The notes under the pieces are model-generated. The model saw nothing but the letters and a program-made list of their open reading frames with translations. It searched no databases and was not told the origin of the DNA. The translations under genes and the position numbers were made by a program. Shown here piece by piece: positions 9,576 through 19,283 of a stretch of DNA of 64,000 bases (its first letter is position 1; every line of letters begins with the position of its first letter). This DNA comes from Candidatus Pyrohabitans jungbluthii (GTDB lineage: Archaea; Hydrothermarchaeota; Hydrothermarchaeia; Hydrothermarchaeales; BMS3B): NCBI GenBank assembly GCA_002010065.2, contig MTMD02000002.1, positions 160,001 to 224,000 on the forward strand, read 5' to 3'.

Positions 9576-10033
9576 AATTTGCTCTGACTCTCTTTTACAG
9601 CCTCTAAGGCCTGGAGAAATGTATTCTCATCCATAAAGCCCACGATGCTGCCCAGCTTTTTCCCGTCGTGGGTCAGAAACACGAAAGTTGGTGTGCCCCT
9701 AACCTCGTAGCTGAAAACAAGCTCGCGGTTTTCGCTCTTGTCTATGTCTATGGCGACAGCCACGAAGTCTCTGTTGAGGGTATCCTTCACCCTCTGCTTG
9801 GGAAGAACCTCAGATTCAAACTTCCTGCACCAGCCGCAGGAGTCGATTCTGAAGTAGAGGAGCACAGGTTTTGAGGTTTTGCTCGCGTAGCTTAGGGCCT
9901 CTTCGTATGAGGTGTAGAACACAGCCCCGGAGAAGTTCCTGATTTTCTTGGGTGCCTCTTCCGTAGCCTCCGCCGCAGATTCTAGGCAACCAATAGCCAA
10001 AGTGAGCAGCACAGCTATAGCCCATCGCCTCAT
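9572..10033 (-). CDS. exported thioredoxin-fold lipoprotein (SoxW/DsbD-C-like)
   Basis: Lipobox AIGC; CGWC active site; VRGTPTFVF cis-Pro loop. Confidence 0.85.
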   Translation of the reverse strand: MRRWAIAVLLTLAIGCLESAAEATEEAPKKIRNFSGAVFYTSYEEALSYASKTSKPVLLYFRIDSCGWCRKFESEVLPKQRVKDTLNRDFVAVAIDIDKSENRELVFSYEVRGTPTFVFLTHDGKKLGSIVGFMDENTFLQALEAVKESQSKF

Positions 10034-10155
10034 TGGAGCTCTCCTCACCCTTTACAACCTCTCAGGGAACTTATCAGGATTTTCTCAAATCATGCCAAAT
10101 TTCTGCCAGAAATGGGCAGAAATTCTTTTATGATATGAGCGCCAGAAATTAAAAT

Positions 10156-10332
10156 ATGAAAAAGCGGAAGCCCATCAAGGACATGTTCCTGGACATAGCG
10201 GAGGAGTGGGAAAAGTACTGGCGCGATGAGATTGGCTTCTACGACTTCCTCAACGAGTATGTGGAGATAGATGATGACCTGCGCACCTACGTTATAAAGA
10301 GGAGGAAGAAGAAGCCAGAGGAGGAGTTGTGA
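10156..10332 (+). CDS. small hypothetical protein (58 aa), absent from the supplied ORF track
   Basis: ATG at 10156 to TGA at 10332: MKKRKPIKDMFLDIAEEWEKYWRDEIGFYDFLNEYVEIDDDLRTYVIKRRKKKPEEEL. Host-like codon usage; fills the intergenic gap behind a TATA-like TTTTAT. Confidence 0.65.
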   Translation: MKKRKPIKDMFLDIAEEWEKYWRDEIGFYDFLNEYVEIDDDLRTYVIKRRKKKPEEEL

Positions 10333-10369
10333 GGGAGAAGATTATTAACTCTGTAGCGTAGCTAAGAAC

Positions 10370-11107
10370 ATGGAGATTTTCACAGGCGTTGAGATACTCT
10401 GCCCCTACCCTGCGCTTTATCTTGAAGATATAAAGGCAGTGGTTATTGCAGACCTTCATCTGGGATACGAGGGGATAATGGCGGAGCAGGGCATATTTAT
10501 GCCCAAGACGCAGTTCAGGAAGGAGCAGGAGATGCTCGAGAGTATCGCAGGTCTAAAGCATGCGGAGCGGGTGATTATTAACGGCGATGTTAAGCACGAG
10601 TTCAGTGAGACCAGCTACCACGAGTTTCGCGAGGTTGGTGAGCTTTTTGAGATTCTGCGAAGGCACTTTAGAGAGGTGCATGTGGTGAAGGGCAACCATG
10701 ACAACTTCATCATCTACGTTACCCGGAAGCATGGCATAGCCCTGCACGAGGAGCTTATGCTTGGCAAGTACCACTTCTTCCACGGGCACCGCATGCCGCG
10801 CGAAGCTGAGGCGGAGTTTTTGGTTATGGGCCACGAGCACCCTGCCATAGCGCTCTACGACGAGATTGGGGTTAAGGAAAAGGTTAAGTGCTTTTTATAC
10901 GGTGAGGCTGGCGGAAAAAAGCTGGTGGTGCTGCCTGCGTTTTCCCCGCTTGCGTACGGCAGCGATGTCAACCAGGTGCCAAAGAGCGAGCTTCTCTCCC
11001 CCCTTCTGCGCAGCATCGACGTGGATAAGCTTAACGTTGTGGCGGTGAGTGAAGAGGCGGGTTGCTTGCCCTTTGCACAGCTTGGGGAGCTGCGCAGGTT
11101 TGCGTGA
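10370..11107 (+). CDS. calcineurin-like metallophosphoesterase (archaeal ICC-like family)
   Basis: IADLHLG, INGDVKH, KGNHD, FHGH, MGHEHP, LPAFS. Confidence 0.85.
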   Translation: MEIFTGVEILCPYPALYLEDIKAVVIADLHLGYEGIMAEQGIFMPKTQFRKEQEMLESIAGLKHAERVIINGDVKHEFSETSYHEFREVGELFEILRRHFREVHVVKGNHDNFIIYVTRKHGIALHEELMLGKYHFFHGHRMPREAEAEFLVMGHEHPAIALYDEIGVKEKVKCFLYGEAGGKKLVVLPAFSPLAYGSDVNQVPKSELLSPLLRSIDVDKLNVVAVSEEAGCLPFAQLGELRRFA

Positions 11108-11108
11108 A

Positions 11109-12038
11109 TCACTTTCTCCCAACCACAACGCGGCTCTCGCTCAGCTCAATCCTCTCAAACTGTTTAAACCCTGCCTCGCGAAGCCATGCTTCGACTTCGC
11201 TCCACGAGTAGGTTCTGCCTTCGCTGCTGAGGAGCATGTGGAGCGCAAATATCGCCGCTTCTCTCGGCGCCACCTTGGAGTCGTCGAGTATATAATCGTG
11301 GACTATCACCACGCCGCCCTCTGCTAAGGCGTCGTAAACGCGCCTGAAGAGCTTGCGGTTCTGTGCCTCGCTGAGAAAGTGGATTATGTTGGAGACCAGC
11401 GCTGCATCGTAACCCTTGCCAAAATCATCGCGAAGGAAGTCCGCCTCAAGCACGCGAATGCCAGTGACGCCCTTTCTTTTGAGAATCTCTCTCGTAGCGC
11501 TTGCTGTTTCGGGCAGCTCAACTATCGTCGCAGCCAGGCGGTAGCGCTGTGCGAAGGCTATCGCGTAGGCGCCTGAGCCCCCACCTAGGTCAACCAGGCT
11601 GCGCTTTCCCTCAAGGTTTACAGCTCTTGCAAGCTCATATGCGCGTGTCGCTGCAGTGCTGTCTAAAGCCAGAAGAAAAGCAAGCCTGTCCTCTTCCTCT
11701 GGTGCATGCCAGAATATCGCTTCCTCAAGCTTTGCCCACTTTGCAAAGCCCCTGTTCGCATGCTTCAACCAGTAGCCTAGGTAATCGCTGCTTGAGCTTA
11801 CCAAGTACCTGCTGGCTTCGGGAGAGTTTCTGTACCTATCCCCAGTCTTCTCTATAAAACCAAGCGCTACCAGTGCATTGAGCAGAAGCTCTAGGGCGCG
11901 GGGTTCCGCTTTTAGTGCTTTAGCCAATTCTAAAGTGGAGCGCGGCTCTTCCAGGTAGTCGAAGAGGTTGTAGGCTGCCGCTACGAGCAGAATCTTCGAC
12001 TCGCGGTAGGCAGCGCCCAGCTCTATTATTCTCTCCAT
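11109..12038 (-). CDS. SAM-dependent O-methyltransferase (methyltransferase_2 with dimerisation domain)
   Basis: LVDLGGGSG, ADFL, SNIIH, N-terminal winged-helix region; ATG at 12038. Confidence 0.85.
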   Translation of the reverse strand: MERIIELGAAYRESKILLVAAAYNLFDYLEEPRSTLELAKALKAEPRALELLLNALVALGFIEKTGDRYRNSPEASRYLVSSSSDYLGYWLKHANRGFAKWAKLEEAIFWHAPEEEDRLAFLLALDSTAATRAYELARAVNLEGKRSLVDLGGGSGAYAIAFAQRYRLAATIVELPETASATREILKRKGVTGIRVLEADFLRDDFGKGYDAALVSNIIHFLSEAQNRKLFRRVYDALAEGGVVIVHDYILDDSKVAPREAAIFALHMLLSSEGRTYSWSEVEAWLREAGFKQFERIELSESRVVVGRK

Positions 12039-12039
12039 A

Positions 12040-13701
12040 TCACAATATCGCGCCCATATCCGCACTGCTCACGCTGCGGCGGTAGCTCTCAAGGTAGCTC
12101 CTTCTTGCCTCTGTGCGAGGAGGCTGCCATTCCTGCTTTCTCCTCTCCAGCTCTTCCTCGTCCACGAGAAGGTTGAGCTTCCGCGCTGGTATGTCTATCT
12201 CAACAATATCGCCATCCTTAACCAGGGCTATGGGGCCACCTTCGTAAGCCTCCGGCGACACGTGACCTATGCAAGGACCTCGAGTACCGCCCGAGAAGCG
12301 TCCGTCGGTTATTAAAGCCACGCTGTCGCTGAGCCCCATGCCCGCGATTATAGACGTAGCGGCAAGCATCTCCCGCATTCCGGGACCGCCCTTCGGGCCC
12401 TCGTAGCGTATTATCACCACGTCGCCGGGCTTAATCTCATCGTTGAGAATCGCCTTTACCGCCGCCTCTTCGCCGTCGAAAACTCGAGCAGGGCCGCGAT
12501 GCTTGAGCATCTTCTCACTTACGGCGGTCTGTTTCACCACACTTCCGCGAGGAGCGAGGCTGCCTTTTAGCACTGCAATGCCACCTTCGCTGTGATAGGG
12601 ATTGCTCGGATCGCGGATGACCTCGCGGTTCTTCTCTGGGTTGACTATCCTCACGTGCTTTAGATTCTCCTCCAGCGTTGAGCCCGTGACTGTGAGCACA
12701 TCCAGGTTGAGCTTATCCTTTATTTTAAGCATAACTGCAGGTATGCCACCAGCTTGGTCCAGGTCGAGCATGAAGTGCTCCCCTCCCGGCCTGAGGCTGG
12801 TGAGGTGAGGCGTCTCTCTGGAAATCTTATCAAAAGCATCCAGTGGAAGCTCCACACCTGCCTCCCTCGCAATCGCAGGCAGGTGAAGCGCGGTGTTGGT
12901 AGAGCCGCCTATTGCCATGTCTATGCGTATCGCATTTTCAAACGCCTTCTCAGTCATTATCTCCCTTGCTGATATGCCGCGTTCCAGAAGCTCCATAACC
13001 TTCATTCCGCTCAGCTTTGCGATGCGCAGCTTCTTAGCGTCAACAGCATGGGCGGTACCACACCCTGGCAAGCTCATACCCAGCGCTTCGGTAACGCACG
13101 CCATTGTGTTGGCGGTGAACAAGCCAGCGCATGATCCCGGGCCAGGGCACGCGAGGTTTTCGAGGTCATTAAGCTGCTCCTCGGTTATCTTCCCGGCCTT
13201 GAACTCGCCAACAGCCTCGAATACAGAAATTAAATCCACATTTTTATCTCCCACGAAGCCCGGGCACATGGCGCCGCCTGTCACGACGATGCTGGGGAGG
13301 TTGAGCCTAGCAGCGGCCATCAGGTGCCCAGGCACAATCTTGTCACAGGTTGGTATGAAGACCAAAGCGTCGAAGCGATAGGCTTGGGCAACCAGCTCTA
13401 TGCTTGCGGCAATCACCTCGCGCGAAGGCAGAGAGTAACGCATGCCCTCATGCCCCATTGCAATGCCGTCACATATCCCTATGGTGTTGAACTCGAAGGG
13501 CACACCCCCTGCTAAGCGAACCCCCGCCTTGACCGCGTCTGCTATCTTGTCAAGATGCACATGCCCGGGAATGAGCTCATTCCAGGAGTTAACAATGCCC
13601 ACGAAGGGTCTATCTATCTCTTCATCGGTTATCCCCATAGCCCTGAGCAGGCTTCTGTGAGGCGCCCTCTCCAGCCCTTTCTTCACGGCATCGCTCCTCA
13701 T
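12040..13701 (-). CDS. ilvD: dihydroxy-acid dehydratase
   Basis: [56 protein letters not shown]. Confidence 0.97.
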   Translation of the reverse strand: MRSDAVKKGLERAPHRSLLRAMGITDEEIDRPFVGIVNSWNELIPGHVHLDKIADAVKAGVRLAGGVPFEFNTIGICDGIAMGHEGMRYSLPSREVIAASIELVAQAYRFDALVFIPTCDKIVPGHLMAAARLNLPSIVVTGGAMCPGFVGDKNVDLISVFEAVGEFKAGKITEEQLNDLENLACPGPGSCAGLFTANTMACVTEALGMSLPGCGTAHAVDAKKLRIAKLSGMKVMELLERGISAREIMTEKAFENAIRIDMAIGGSTNTALHLPAIAREAGVELPLDAFDKISRETPHLTSLRPGGEHFMLDLDQAGGIPAVMLKIKDKLNLDVLTVTGSTLEENLKHVRIVNPEKNREVIRDPSNPYHSEGGIAVLKGSLAPRGSVVKQTAVSEKMLKHRGPARVFDGEEAAVKAILNDEIKPGDVVIIRYEGPKGGPGMREMLAATSIIAGMGLSDSVALITDGRFSGGTRGPCIGHVSPEAYEGGPIALVKDGDIVEIDIPARKLNLLVDEEELERRKQEWQPPRTEARRSYLESYRRSVSSADMGAIL

Positions 13702-13835
13702 AGTATACCACCTTCCTATAACCCTCGCGTAACAAGCGATAAACTTTATATATGCACCCCGGTGCTAGTTTTATTGATTGATATGGAAATTGCGTCTAAA
13801 AATAAATGCTATGCGTCTCCGCTAAGGTGAGAAAG

Positions 13836-16800
13836 GTGAATAAGGTTTATGCCGGGCTCGTATTCATCGTAATTGCTGCTTTAATCTCAATAACTTCAGC
13901 TCAAACAGAATGGCTTACGCTAGAAGAGGTTGTAATAAATCTTGGCACTACAGATGAGGTTGGAGTGGGACAGATTTTACGGGTTGATGTGGTGGTCAGC
14001 AGCTATGGTGCTCCTCAGCCTGTAAATGCGACAATTGGTGTGGACATCTACAATTCTTCAGGATACGTTACAAGCTTTCCAAACCAGACTGCGGAGATAT
14101 CACAGGACAGCAATGTAACTTTCACATTTAGTGCGAGTGTCGCATTGAGCACAGGTTACTACACCGCTCAGGCTTTTGTTGTGTATGATCAGAATGGAAC
14201 AAATAAAACACTGCTCAAAAATGCCAGCTTTAAGGTCGTAAATTTATCGGCAGTCTCTCTGGGCATAGATCACGAAGATGTGGCAGCGGGAGAAACAGCC
14301 ACCTTCCTTCAAACAATAAATAACAATGGCATTGTACCTGCTAATGCTACCGTTAAAGTCTGGATAGAATATGATGACCCCTCAACTACATACGTAGACC
14401 GCATAATGGCAACAGAGCCACCCGCCACTAAAACAATACAAAACAATACCGTTGGTGTGGTAAATGTTTTATGGGCAGTGCCAGAAGATTTAACGAGCTG
14501 TGACTACACCAATAGCAGCCGTTATAGTGTTTATTCCACCTGGAAATATGGTACTGCACCGGATTTTGTCTATGCAAATTCCTTGGCTAATTTTAATGTA
14601 TCTTACGTTGTGGTGGATACAGAAATTTTGCAGGGTGGTTACTCCCACTCAGGCCTTGACCAGACGGAGGCTGCCCCTGGAGGTGAGGTTTCGGGAGATA
14701 TAGAGCTTTTGAACAGGGGATATTATTCCACAGTTATTCATGAAGTAAGGGCATGGGTAGAGGATAGCGCTGGTAACAAAGTCACAGACCTCTCTCCTAC
14801 CGATTTTACTTTAAATATTGTGAATAATGGATATAAAGATGTTGTTCTTCCTGGACACAATGCTAGCTGCTCGGAGGTGAGTAGCAATACTACAATTGCC
14901 CACCAAGGTGCACTAGAGTTTCCATTTAAAGGCACACTACCTCCAAACCTTCCGTTAAATGATAGCTATAAGGTTGTCTTTGCTATAGACTATGGTGTGC
15001 CAAGGGATAAGCTCATGGGCAACCCGTGGAACATCTTGCAGAACTACTCTTTTGAGATAGTCAAGGCGGAGGTGACCAATGTCACAGCGCGTTCAGAGGT
15101 CGCTCCCGGTGCAACTCAGACTATAACAACTTCTATTAAGAATGTCGGTGTAAACACAATTGACAGTGCTAGTGTGATTGTAGAGATTCGCAATCCTTCA
15201 AACGCAGAAGTTAAGAACTTTACAGACACAATTCAGAATCTTGCTGAGGGAGATACCGTTAACCTTTCCTATAACTGGGATGTGCCAAGCAATCTAGAAC
15301 TAGGAACTTACATTGTTTCTTCGCGAGTACATTACGCTACTGGCGTTTATCACAACCTCTCCACCACATTTAATGTGGTGAGGTTTAGTGTGCTAAACAT
15401 AAGTTCTTCGCCTGTAGCTCCGTACGAATCCACAAATGTAACAGTTAAGATGGAGAATCAGGGACCAACGAATGCAACTCTGGAGCTACTGGGTGTGAAG
15501 GTAAAAGCAGATAAGACGGTGGACTTAGGGACAATAACCAACAGAGTAATACCTGCTGGAAGTACAGAACCTCTGAACTTTACATACTACTTTGACCCAG
15601 AAGGCATGAGCAATGGAACATTTAGCATCGAAGCCAACATCACCTACGGGGGTATATCTTATCCAAAATCCTCGAACATAACCCTCCTCCCCGTTGGCAT
15701 AAAATCCTTTTCTCTCCCGGACTACGGGGTAACCAATATCAGCTTCGACTTTAACGTTACTCTTCACAACATCGCGGGCAGCGCGGTGAGCGTATTCCTG
15801 AACCTCACCGTCAACGGGAGCACTTACAACTCCACCATTTTAAGCGTACCCGCAAACTCCACGCTTACTCACACCTTCCCGATAAACCTAACATCTTCGG
15901 GCAGCTACAATATAACCATCTATGCCAATTACTCCTCCCTGCCAGGAAGGCTCTCAAGGAGTGGTGTTATAACGATTTACGACGCTGGAGTGGAGCTTTC
16001 CCTAGCATCCAGCGACATAACTTACACCCCAGCGTCGCCAAAGCAGGGGGATACCATAACCATCTCTGCGATTGTGCACAACACTGGCGACATCGATGCC
16101 AGCAACGTGGTGGTGGAGTTTCTGCTCGACTCTGCGAGCTATGCAAACAAAACCATAAGCATATCCGCCAACTCTAACGCAACCATTAACTTCACTTGGT
16201 CGAATGCTGCCTCAGGTGCGCACACAGTAACAATAAGGGCTGACCCGCTAAACGCCTTCGGTGAGAAGAACGAAAGTGACAACGCGGCGAGCATCTCTGT
16301 GAGCGTTGCTTCGTCGGCGCAAACGCCAGGTGGCGGCGGAGGTGGCGGTCCGGGAGTAGAGCCTGCCTTCGAAGAGGGCCTTAACGAGGTTACCACAAAA
16401 TCGCTCCTCCAAGCGGTGAAGGAAAAGCGCCTCGAAAATGCGCGGTTCTATCATGCGGAGGAGCCGCTTCTTCCTGTGTTGGCGGTTCTAGGCTACAATC
16501 CAGCGCCAGATAGTATTAGAGAGAAGCTCACCAGGGTTGAGCCCGTAACCGGCGATGTCTATGCTATAGCTGCAGAGCTTGCGGTGGAGAAGTACACCCG
16601 CCTAACCTATCCGAATACTGTGGTCGTAGCCAGGGGCGACATACCCGCGGATGCGATTGCGGCTATAGCTTATGCGAAGAGCAACCGCATACCAGTGCTC
16701 CTCACTAAACCTGGAGACCTGCCAGAGGCGACGCTTCTCGCCTTGGAGAAATTCTCCCCACGCAGGATAATAATCCTGGGCGGAGAGAAGGCGGTTTCGC

Positions 16801-17408
16801 GAGAGGTGGAGGAGCAGCTTGCCTCCATAGCAAGTGTTGAGCGCATCGCCGGCGATACGCGCTACGAGACTGCAGTGAAGCTGGCGGAACTCACCAAGGG
16901 TTACGACACCATTGTAGTTACCAATGGAGAGGCGCCGAGCAGCGATGCGGTGTTTCTCGCAGCTATGTACAGGGCGCCTGTGGTGTATGTGAAGGGCAAC
17001 GAGGTGCCAGAGGTTACGGCGGATTTCCTCGTTAACCACAGAGTTACGCCGAAATTCAGACCCGTAAAGCTGCTTTTAGTAGGGGTTAACGCCTCGCTGA
17101 AAGAGCAGATTTTCGGGCTCATACTCTCCCCCCATCTCAGCGGCGAGGTTGTGGTCACTGTGGTAAACGAGGACGACGACAGGCTCTACGTCGAGGTGTA
17201 CGTGGGTAGCATACCTCGCGGAGAGTTCATAAACTCCGGCTCCAGCTACACATACAAGCCCTTTAAGCTTAAGCCAGGCGAGTACAAGGTGAAACTTAGG
17301 TGGCTCGACCCAGATAAGCTTGAGTTCAACTATCAGGAAACTAAGGTCTCTGTAAATCCGGCGGAGCGCACAGAAATAACCCTGAGGGTGCCAAGAATCA
17401 CCCCATAG
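13836..17408 (+). CDS. large secreted surface glycoprotein with Ig-like/CARDB domains and cell-wall-binding repeat 2 (CWB2) region
   Basis: Signal peptide (GTG at 13836 after AAGGTGA); many NxS/T sequons; CARDB-like VHNTG...ADPLN...ESDN; Gly linker; CWB2 motifs PVLLT, ILGGEKAVS, RIAGDTRYETA. Confidence 0.8.
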   Translation: MNKVYAGLVFIVIAALISITSAQTEWLTLEEVVINLGTTDEVGVGQILRVDVVVSSYGAPQPVNATIGVDIYNSSGYVTSFPNQTAEISQDSNVTFTFSASVALSTGYYTAQAFVVYDQNGTNKTLLKNASFKVVNLSAVSLGIDHEDVAAGETATFLQTINNNGIVPANATVKVWIEYDDPSTTYVDRIMATEPPATKTIQNNTVGVVNVLWAVPEDLTSCDYTNSSRYSVYSTWKYGTAPDFVYANSLANFNVSYVVVDTEILQGGYSHSGLDQTEAAPGGEVSGDIELLNRGYYSTVIHEVRAWVEDSAGNKVTDLSPTDFTLNIVNNGYKDVVLPGHNASCSEVSSNTTIAHQGALEFPFKGTLPPNLPLNDSYKVVFAIDYGVPRDKLMGNPWNILQNYSFEIVKAEVTNVTARSEVAPGATQTITTSIKNVGVNTIDSASVIVEIRNPSNAEVKNFTDTIQNLAEGDTVNLSYNWDVPSNLELGTYIVSSRVHYATGVYHNLSTTFNVVRFSVLNISSSPVAPYESTNVTVKMENQGPTNATLELLGVKVKADKTVDLGTITNRVIPAGSTEPLNFTYYFDPEGMSNGTFSIEANITYGGISYPKSSNITLLPVGIKSFSLPDYGVTNISFDFNVTLHNIAGSAVSVFLNLTVNGSTYNSTILSVPANSTLTHTFPINLTSSGSYNITIYANYSSLPGRLSRSGVITIYDAGVELSLASSDITYTPASPKQGDTITISAIVHNTGDIDASNVVVEFLLDSASYANKTISISANSNATINFTWSNAASGAHTVTIRADPLNAFGEKNESDNAASISVSVASSAQTPGGGGGGGPGVEPAFEEGLNEVTTKSLLQAVKEKRLENARFYHAEEPLLPVLAVLGYNPAPDSIREKLTRVEPVTGDVYAIAAELAVEKYTRLTYPNTVVVARGDIPADAIAAIAYAKSNRIPVLLTKPGDLPEATLLALEKFSPRRIIILGGEKAVSREVEEQLASIASVERIAGDTRYETAVKLAELTKGYDTIVVTNGEAPSSDAVFLAAMYRAPVVYVKGNEVPEVTADFLVNHRVTPKFRPVKLLLVGVNASLKEQIFGLILSPHLSGEVVVTVVNEDDDRLYVEVYVGSIPRGEFINSGSSYTYKPFKLKPGEYKVKLRWLDPDKLEFNYQETKVSVNPAERTEITLRVPRITP

Positions 17409-17413
17409 CCTCT

Positions 17414-18685
17414 CTACTTTTTGGGTATCTTCGCCTTCTCGTACGCTGAGAGGTTGTTCAGCGGCTTTGTGGCATCGAAGCCGAGCTTTGTTGTTAGCCC
17501 TGTTTTACCGGCGCTCGGGTCCAGGGAGGAGCCTCGCACCGAGCGAAGCATGACCAGGTCGCGATCGCCCTGGAAGCGCGTGGCTATGGCAAACTCCACC
17601 TCTTCGCTGCTGAAGATGTCAATATCGTCGTCTACAACCACCACGTGCTTCATGCTGGGGTGCCCTTCAAAGGCGGCGAGAATCGCCTTCTTGGCGTCTT
17701 CCTCGCCCCGCTTTTCTATAGCCACGACTCCATGAAGCCAGCTGCAGCCTCCCGGAGTGAGCACTACATTCTTCACCCTGGCCACCTTAGCGACGGAGGC
17801 GAAGATCCTTGGTTCTTGAGGCATGCCCATTAGCAAGCGGTGCTCCACACTGCTTGGAAGCAGAGCATGGTATATGGCATCGCGGCGATGGTAAATTCCT
17901 GTAACTTCCACCACGGGCTGCTTTCTCACGATGTCGTAGGTTCCGGTAATGTCTGTGAAAGGACCCTCGTCCACGCGCTCATGGGGTAAAATCCTGCCCT
18001 CTATAACAATCTCGGCATTCGCAGGAATCTCCAGATCGACAGTCTTGCACTTTGCCAGCTCAATGGGCTCGCCCAGGAGAGCGGAAGCCAGGCAGAGTTC
18101 GTCCTGGTTTATTCCGAAAGAGTAGCTCGAGGCGAAGAGCAAAGCGGGATGCATTCCTATTACTATAGCTACCTCAAGGGCCTCGCCCTTGGCTTCTGCT
18201 TTCTTGTAGTACTCATATAGATGGCGCTCAACCAGGCGAATAGCTAGGCGATGCCCGTCGAGCACAAGCATTCGGTGTACGCTTGCATTGCGACCGTGCT
18301 CCTCATCTTTGGCAATTACTACGCCTGAGGTTATGTACCTGCCAGCGTCCTTCTCAAAGTGCTTAAGTATGGGAAGCTCATCTAAGCTTGAGCATCGCCT
18401 CTCGTACACAGGTGCATTATCCACAAGACTAAACTCTCCTTCACAGCGCTTCGCCGCTTCTGTTACGTGGTGGATGTAGTTCTCTTTGGTCGTGCCCAGA
18501 GCTTCGCACATGCGCTCCCGCGAGGTTACGAGGTTGCCAACCACGGGAAGCTTGCTCCCCTTAACCCGCTGAAACAGGATGGTCTTTCGTGGGTTCTCGT
18601 GCAACATTGCGCTGATCTCATACTCGGGGTCTACCTCCTCCTCTACCACAAGGTCAGCCTTTAAAAAATCCCGCAGGTCTTTCAT
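17414..18685 (-). CDS. ubiD: UbiD-family prFMN-dependent decarboxylase (possibly anhydromevalonate phosphate decarboxylase)
   Basis: DAGRYIT, RNASVHRM, EGPFTDITG, VVVDDDID, SSLDPS. Confidence 0.9.
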   Translation of the reverse strand: MKDLRDFLKADLVVEEEVDPEYEISAMLHENPRKTILFQRVKGSKLPVVGNLVTSRERMCEALGTTKENYIHHVTEAAKRCEGEFSLVDNAPVYERRCSSLDELPILKHFEKDAGRYITSGVVIAKDEEHGRNASVHRMLVLDGHRLAIRLVERHLYEYYKKAEAKGEALEVAIVIGMHPALLFASSYSFGINQDELCLASALLGEPIELAKCKTVDLEIPANAEIVIEGRILPHERVDEGPFTDITGTYDIVRKQPVVEVTGIYHRRDAIYHALLPSSVEHRLLMGMPQEPRIFASVAKVARVKNVVLTPGGCSWLHGVVAIEKRGEEDAKKAILAAFEGHPSMKHVVVVDDDIDIFSSEEVEFAIATRFQGDRDLVMLRSVRGSSLDPSAGKTGLTTKLGFDATKPLNNLSAYEKAKIPKK

Positions 18686-19227
18686 TCGCCTCCCCACCTA
18701 GCATAGAGGTTGTTCTGTATTCCCAGAGCGTCGAGCACCTTGCCTGCGATGAAGCTGAGCATGTCGTCTATGCTTTTCGGACGGTGGTAGAAGGCGGGCA
18801 TCGCAGGCAGGATAACAGCGCCCAGCCTAGCGAGCTTAAGCATATTCTCAAGGTGAATCGCATTAAGCGGCGTCTCTCGAGGCACGAGCACAAGCCTGCG
18901 GCACTCCTTTAACATTACATCAGCGCTGCGCGTTATTAAATTAGAGGCATAGCCACTCGCAATGGCTGCGAGGGTTTTCATGCTGCAGGGTATTATAACC
19001 ATCGCATCAACGCGGAAGGAGCCGCTGGAGAAGGGTGCCTCTATCTCGTGCTCAGAGTAACATCGCTCTAGATCAAGCTTAGCATCGCCCACCTCATGTT
19101 TGAGGATCTTTTTCGCAGCATCGCTGATTACGCATTCGTAGCTTATATTCAACTCCTCCAGCGCCTCGAGAAAGCGCAGCGCATACGCCACGCCGCTTGC
19201 TCCGGTTATGGCCACGAGAACCTTCAT
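18682..19227 (-). CDS. ubiX: flavin prenyltransferase
   Basis: ITGASG, SSGS, PCSMKTL, PRETP, PAFY. Confidence 0.93.
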   Translation of the reverse strand: MKVLVAITGASGVAYALRFLEALEELNISYECVISDAAKKILKHEVGDAKLDLERCYSEHEIEAPFSSGSFRVDAMVIIPCSMKTLAAIASGYASNLITRSADVMLKECRRLVLVPRETPLNAIHLENMLKLARLGAVILPAMPAFYHRPKSIDDMLSFIAGKVLDALGIQNNLYARWGGE

Positions 19228-19283
19228 AGGTTAAGCATGGGCGCGGGAATTTTTATAGGTTTTGGGATACATTTAAATTCAGG

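Noticed and set aside
16328-16352. GGC/GGT repeat
   Set aside because: It encodes the poly-Gly linker of the surface protein; not an independent repeat element.
18600-18610. Reverse-complement match to the core of the vapBC-flanking repeat (TGCAACATTGC)
   Set aside because: Only 11 bp and inside the ubiD coding sequence; probably chance.
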